This document shows positions 59,191 to 64,000 of a stretch of 64,000 bases of DNA, in pieces (positions within the stretch are counted from its first letter, which is position 1; each line of letters starts with the position of its first letter). The position numbers and the translations under genes are program-made. The stretch spans positions 1-64,000 of the forward strand of contig CAZUFC010000035.1 of the NCBI GenBank assembly GCA_964619725.1, read 5' to 3'. Under the pieces are notes generated by a model, which saw nothing but the letters and a program-made list of their open reading frames with translations, was not told the origin of the DNA and did no database searches. This DNA is from an uncultured bacterium. Lineage in GTDB: Bacteria; CSSED10-310; CAZUFC01.

Positions 59191-59281
59191 CAGTGGGATT
59201 TACAGGAAAAATCCAGGCGGCGCCTGTTCCGGGATCGTTTTCTGGGAACTTACCAGGAGACAGGCGCCGAATTGGGTTGGG

Positions 59282-61507
59282 TCATTTACAAGTTCTGGAG
59301 CCTGGTTTACCGAGGCATTTATTTGAGCAGCATTCCGAGTCATAGACGCAGGGGGAATCAGCGGGCAGGCAAGAGCATGCTGGGTCGGCGCTGCAATCGC
59401 CGTCGTCGCAATCGGCGTAGCCGTCGCAGTCTTCATCGATGCCGTCGGAGCAGTTTGTTTCAATGGTCGGCGGATACCCGCAGTCATCGGGGCAGGAGCA
59501 CTGGTCTTCGCCTTCGTCGCATATGCCGTCTCCGCAGAAGGGCGGGGGACCGCAGTCTTCTTCGCATGAGTAGGAGTCTTCATCGCCGTTGCAGATGCCA
59601 TCGCCGCAATATGGAGCGGGTCCGCAATCGACAGCGCAATTGTAAGAATCTTCGCTTCCTTCGCAGATACCGTCGCCGCAGCAGGAACCGACAGCAGGGA
59701 TATCTGAACAGGTGTTGCCGCCAGACGAACATCGCGGATCATCGCAGCCGACGGGATTATGACCGTCGCCGTCTCCGCAGCAATAACGGAAATCCGGTTT
59801 GCCGGTCTGAACGCCGTTGCAGTCCTGGGGACATGAGGCGCAATCTTCGCCGTCAGCCGTTTCGCAGATATTGTTTCCGCATACGGCTCCCGAACCGCTG
59901 AAACAGTCGTTGGGACAATTGCTGCAATCTTCTCCGGATTCGCAAACGCCGTCGTTATCGCAGATGCAATCGGGGCTGCCGTCGCAATCGCCGTCTTCGC
60001 AGTCCGTTAATCCGTCGCAATCTTCATCAACTCCGTCGCTGCAGTTCGTTTCAATGGACGGCGGATATCCGCAATCTTCCGGACAATTGCATTCGTCTTC
60101 GTCCGGATCACAGAATCCGTCTCCGCAGTAATGACTTCCGGGGACCAAGGTATTAAGGCTCGTCACGCCGGTGTTGCCGGGATCAAGCCAATCTTTAAGC
60201 CGGCTGGAGGATGAACCGCCGCCCTCCCAGGATACGGAGAGCCTGCCGTACCAATCGGATTCGTCATTGTCGCATGCCGCATAACCTCCGTGAAGCTGTC
60301 CGACAACATGATGATTCTGATCGAATAACGGCGAACCTGACGATCCGGGCTCAGTAGTTCCGGCATCCCAATCAACGACTCTTATATGCGTTCCGTCTCC
60401 GGGTATCGTATATCCCAAATAACTCGTGGTTTCCACAGCGTCATATTCGAAACTGATGCTCTTCTCATCGCAACTCGGATGATGGATGGCCACCGCGCTC
60501 GATGCATCGTTGCCGCTGCGGCTCCATCCCGCGTAGGCTACGCTCCAGGCGGGGTTCGGCATTTCATCGAGTTCCACCAGGGTAAAGTCCGAATCATAAT
60601 AGGCGGCTCTCCAATAGGAACCGCTTTGCCATTCAGATAGGGAGCCGCCTCCCTGCTGGCCGCACGAAGGACTTTCAAAATTCCAGTAAGCCACCAGCGA
60701 TGCCGCATTATTCGATGTGATGCCGCAGTGATTAGCCGTCATGAAATAGGGCGTCTGATCCTCATTTGTATTGTTGACCATGAATCCCGTGCAAAATAAT
60801 GAGCCGCCTGTTGAAATTACGGCGACAGATGCTATCTCGTCACGCCAGGCATCACCCTCAGGACATATTACATCTATATTACACCAGCCGGACTTCAATG
60901 GGTCGTCCTTGAAAAAGCCGCGATAGCCGACATTGACGGACGTCAGTTCCAGCTCTAATTCCTTCCTTTGAGAAGCAGGAACCGTCACTTCCAATATCAG
61001 TTCATCCGATTCGACGACCGGAGTCCATAATTCGCCGTGATCAGCGTTATCGCGGGCCGTAAAAGGACGGAGCGTCGTGCTGTAATCAGGCGAATAGATA
61101 AAGAGACGTCCTCCTGAAGGCATATAATAACCGGAGAAACCCAGATTCAAAGATATCGCTCCCTTTGATGCAATTCGCTGCCTCCATACCATGGTGTCCT
61201 TATCTATTATCTCCCACAATCCGTTGTTGTCCGGAGTTATGTAAACTTCATTCGGAATTGCGAAACGAGGAGCTAATCCCATCGCTTCACGCTCCATGTC
61301 CTCAAGCGCTGTCGAATTCAAATCAACGAAAGGAACCTCGCGCAAAGGCAATTCATCCGTTCCTCTGAGTATCTCAGAACGCAACTGTGACGTCGGCACA
61401 GAACGTCCCAGCCGCCCGACATTATCGCTCGCAAACGTCGAACTCATTAATAATACAATTAATATGGCCGGCATTAGTCTAAAAATATGAAATCCTGTTT
61501 TATTCAT
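59282..61507 (-). CDS. Secreted lysyl-endopeptidase-like S1 serine protease with a Cys/Asp-rich repeat tail
   Basis: Signal peptide and propeptide. CNIDVIC, TANHC (His), SDFTLVEL (Asp) and TEPGSSGSP (Ser). About 280 aa of CGDG.C...E....CP.DC and CSDG.DEDCDG..DC repeats. Confidence 0.88.
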   Translation of the reverse strand: MNKTGFHIFRLMPAILIVLLMSSTFASDNVGRLGRSVPTSQLRSEILRGTDELPLREVPFVDLNSTALEDMEREAMGLAPRFAIPNEVYITPDNNGLWEIIDKDTMVWRQRIASKGAISLNLGFSGYYMPSGGRLFIYSPDYSTTLRPFTARDNADHGELWTPVVESDELILEVTVPASQRKELELELTSVNVGYRGFFKDDPLKSGWCNIDVICPEGDAWRDEIASVAVISTGGSLFCTGFMVNNTNEDQTPYFMTANHCGITSNNAASLVAYWNFESPSCGQQGGGSLSEWQSGSYWRAAYYDSDFTLVELDEMPNPAWSVAYAGWSRSGNDASSAVAIHHPSCDEKSISFEYDAVETTSYLGYTIPGDGTHIRVVDWDAGTTEPGSSGSPLFDQNHHVVGQLHGGYAACDNDESDWYGRLSVSWEGGGSSSSRLKDWLDPGNTGVTSLNTLVPGSHYCGDGFCDPDEDECNCPEDCGYPPSIETNCSDGVDEDCDGLTDCEDGDCDGSPDCICDNDGVCESGEDCSNCPNDCFSGSGAVCGNNICETADGEDCASCPQDCNGVQTGKPDFRYCCGDGDGHNPVGCDDPRCSSGGNTCSDIPAVGSCCGDGICEGSEDSYNCAVDCGPAPYCGDGICNGDEDSYSCEEDCGPPPFCGDGICDEGEDQCSCPDDCGYPPTIETNCSDGIDEDCDGYADCDDGDCSADPACSCLPADSPCVYDSECCSNKCLGKPGSRTCK

Positions 61508-61972
61508 CCGTTACCTCCCTTTCCGTCCTGCAGCCGCAATACAACCACAGAAATCATTACTGATTTTACGATCTTTCTGCATCCTTCGTTTTGCCTGAAC
61601 AATCGAAAACCTGATTCATTTTAAATTTTTATCTTTTATAGTGAAAGGGAGGGAAAAAGCAAGCAGAACAAAATAATTATAAGCGAAAGAGAAGGCTTAG
61701 TCAAATAGAAAAACGAGAAAGTTTTGACCTTCTGCGTCTCTCCGTATAGACTGTTATCCGGACATGACTGGATGGAGCGAGCGAATTCGGAGGAATTAAC
61801 GGTTTTCAAAGAGGAAAGATACGGAAACAGGCTGAGTAGAAAAGGGTAGGGTATGAGCAATGAATCAGCAACCTGTTTTTCGATTAATATTTGCAATTTT
61901 TCATTTTTTCGATTAAATAAAAGAGAGCTCGTGTGCTTAATTCTCCGACTCACGAGAGGGGGGTAAAATCAA

Positions 61973-62443
61973 ATGAATCAAAAAGGTTACACATTGATTG
62001 AGCTTCTGATGGTGGTGGCGATAATATCGATATTGGTGTCGGGAGCGATCCCGTCATTGCTCCGAGCGAGGTTGTCGGCCAACGAGATAGGCGCGGTAGG
62101 CGGATTGAAGACATTGGTAGCTGCTCAGATCGATTACAACAACAACACATTGCCGCACACGTATTCACCGGAACTTTCTTACTTGGCTGAGGGGAGATAT
62201 GCGGGGGAAGTGGCTTTCATTGATCCAGTTTTAGGCGAAGGATTGAAATCCGGTTATACGTTCAATCTGGTGCCTGGGAATTTGCAACCGGACGGCGCGT
62301 ATCTGTCATATTTCATCACCGCCTGGCCTGTAGTGTACAACAGTACGGGAATTCGGTCCTTTTACGTTGATGAAACCGGCGTTCTGAGAGGACAGGACAT
62401 CGGCGGCGTACAGGGAACAGAGGCTTTAGGTTCGCTCGATTAG
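61973..62443 (+). CDS. Type IV pilin/pseudopilin-like protein
   Basis: Prepilin cleavage/methylation site QKG^YTLIELLMVVAII; C-terminal TG.RSFYVDETG. RBS GAGGGGG. Confidence 0.88.
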   Translation: MNQKGYTLIELLMVVAIISILVSGAIPSLLRARLSANEIGAVGGLKTLVAAQIDYNNNTLPHTYSPELSYLAEGRYAGEVAFIDPVLGEGLKSGYTFNLVPGNLQPDGAYLSYFITAWPVVYNSTGIRSFYVDETGVLRGQDIGGVQGTEALGSLD

Positions 62444-62759
62444 AGCTGAAAATGTTGTTTATGATTATTGTAAAGGGTTGAGTTCGACCTGCCGTATGAG
62501 GTGGTCAAACAAGGTCGGAGTAATTTTAGATCAGTTCCGTTTCGATATCCTGGGAAGACAGAAACAGTTAACTTATTGAAAGAATTGATGTTCTACAAAT
62601 GAGCATCAAAAAAGGTCAAATATTCTACAGGAGAAAATTGACTCTGAAAAAAATATCATTAAATAAATTAGGGGGAAAAGTATTCCCCGAGAAACACAAG
62701 TATTTCCTTTTACCGGGTAGGCTTGGAACGAAATGAAAGGCAACATCAAAGGGGGATGT

Positions 62760-64000
62760 ATGCTGCAATTAAAAGATTTTCGGGTAATGATCGTAATATT
62801 GGGATTAATTGGGATTTTTTGTTTAATGAAGTCGCCGGCGGAAGCGGCGGTGATACGAGTGCCGGCGGATCAGCCGACATTGCAGGCAGCGATTAATGCT
62901 GCGACGAACAATGATGAAGTTCTGGTTGCGCCGGGGACTTACACCGGGAACGGCAACAGGAACGTCCAGTTTAACGGTAAAGCGATTCCAGTGTATTCAG
63001 AGGATGGGCCTGATGCGACAGTTGTAGATTGTCAGGGCGGTGCACGAGGATTTTTATTTATCAGCGGTGAGACGAGCGAGAGCGTGTTGAAAGGTTTCAC
63101 GATACGCAACGGTTTGGGATTCCCGGACGGCGGAGGAATAAATGTCGTCAACGCATCTCCGACAGTAATCGAATGTATATTTGAGAATTGCACTGTAGGC
63201 GAGAATCTTGGAGGCGCGGTTTATTGCAGCGGCGGAAGTCCTTTGTTTCAATATTGCGAATTCAGAGACAATGCTGCATCAACGGGCGGCGCTGTGCATG
63301 CGGAGAATTCAGCTTCACCGACTTTTTACCGTACGCAATTTACGGGAAATTCTGCCGGAGTCCAGGGTGGAGCGTTAAGTTGCGAGATAAACGCGACATT
63401 GGCTTTGGAGAGTTGCACGATAAGCGGGAATGATGCCTGGGCGGACCAGGGACAGACGAGCGGCGGTGCTTTGTATGCGAGCAGTTCAACGATAGAGATG
63501 ACGAGTTGTATGGTCGTGCAGAACGGGAATAATGATTCATTGGCGTTTGGCGGCGGTTTAAGAGCGATCAGCGGAAGTAACGTTACTTTGACTCAGTGTA
63601 CGTTTGCGGATAATACGGCGATAACGTCCGGTGGTGGAGTGCATCTGGCCAATTCCTCTTTATCGGCGGTGAATTCTATATTTTGGGGGAACGGCCCCGA
63701 TCAGATAGGAATATTCTCCGCAACAGCGACAGTTGAATATTGCGATATTCAGGGAGGTTGGTCAGGTACGGGAAACATAAGCAGCGATCCGCAGTTTTTA
63801 GGACCTGATGATTATCATATACCTCGAACATCCCCCTGTTACAATTCAGGAACCGATACGGGAGTGAGGTTTGATGCCGATCCTGATTTGATGCCCCGCG
63901 GGGGCGATTATGAGATAGGAGCGGATGAATATCTTGATCCTCTGGTGTTGAATGTGCCTGACGAATGGGGGACTATCCAGGCGGCCATAGATGATTCTTC
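62760..64000 (+). CDS. Secreted right-handed parallel beta-helix repeat protein (partial, runs off the window)
   Basis: My translation from ATG 62760: MLQLKDFRVMIVILGLIGIFCLMKSPAEA-AVIRVPADQPTLQAAINAA...VAPGTYTG..., with GGA/GGG and F..N repeats. A second module starts at the edge (VPDEWGTIQAAIDD). It is absent from the ORF track because there is no stop in the window. Confidence 0.85.
   Translation, partial: MLQLKDFRVMIVILGLIGIFCLMKSPAEAAVIRVPADQPTLQAAINAATNNDEVLVAPGTYTGNGNRNVQFNGKAIPVYSEDGPDATVVDCQGGARGFLFISGETSESVLKGFTIRNGLGFPDGGGINVVNASPTVIECIFENCTVGENLGGAVYCSGGSPLFQYCEFRDNAASTGGAVHAENSASPTFYRTQFTGNSAGVQGGALSCEINATLALESCTISGNDAWADQGQTSGGALYASSSTIEMTSCMVVQNGNNDSLAFGGGLRAISGSNVTLTQCTFADNTAITSGGGVHLANSSLSAVNSIFWGNGPDQIGIFSATATVEYCDIQGGWSGTGNISSDPQFLGPDDYHIPRTSPCYNSGTDTGVRFDADPDLMPRGGDYEIGADEYLDPLVLNVPDEWGTIQAAIDDS

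Noticed and set aside
59200-60131. Alternative-frame ORFs over the Cys-rich tail (for example 59200-59742 and 59272-59901)
   Set aside because: Shadow frames of repetitive GC-rich coding sequence.
61748-61806. Structured RNA or c-di-GMP riboswitch upstream of the pilin gene
   Set aside because: Only short, weak stems are visible and the GEMM consensus motifs are absent.
1-64000. rRNA, tRNA, prophage or defence-system genes
   Set aside because: None recognised by eye. A tRNAscan/Infernal run would be needed to exclude small RNA genes formally.

Overview
Gene-dense chromosomal window from what looks like an anaerobic, protein-degrading bacterium. The lineage cannot be fixed from the sequence alone; the modular secreted proteins suggest a poorly characterised candidate phylum. 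It holds about 43 protein genes. Secreted and surface proteins: a LysM lytic transglycosylase, five large modular secreted peptidases (S8, M1, M14, C39/C10-like, lysyl-endopeptidase-like S1), a type IV pilin-like gene and a truncated beta-helix protein at the right edge. DNA and nucleotide metabolism: ppnN, a topoisomerase III-RecQ fusion, and a class III ribonucleotide reductase locus with tandem NrdR boxes whose glycyl-radical segment is a separate 54-aa gene. Other loci: elbB, a tight four-gene operon of uncharacterised membrane proteins (DUF6754-like), a GT2/B12-radical-SAM/methyltransferase locus, and a rex-gdh cluster followed by two PEP-synthase-N-terminal-like proteins, one fused to a nucleotidyltransferase. 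Non-coding structure: a REP-associated tyrosine transposase (RAYT-like) with nine copies of a 21-bp REP-like repeat, including a 98-bp tandem array; a diverged ~325-bp duplication of a gene 3' end; a sigma-54-like promoter; and a candidate structured RNA. No rRNA, tRNA or CRISPR array was recognised. Best candidates for an undescribed system: (1) the rex-gdh-dikinase-like/nucleotidyltransferase module, (2) the four-gene membrane complex, (3) the split NrdD, (4) the RAYT/REP system. All family calls come from motif recognition by eye, not from database searches.
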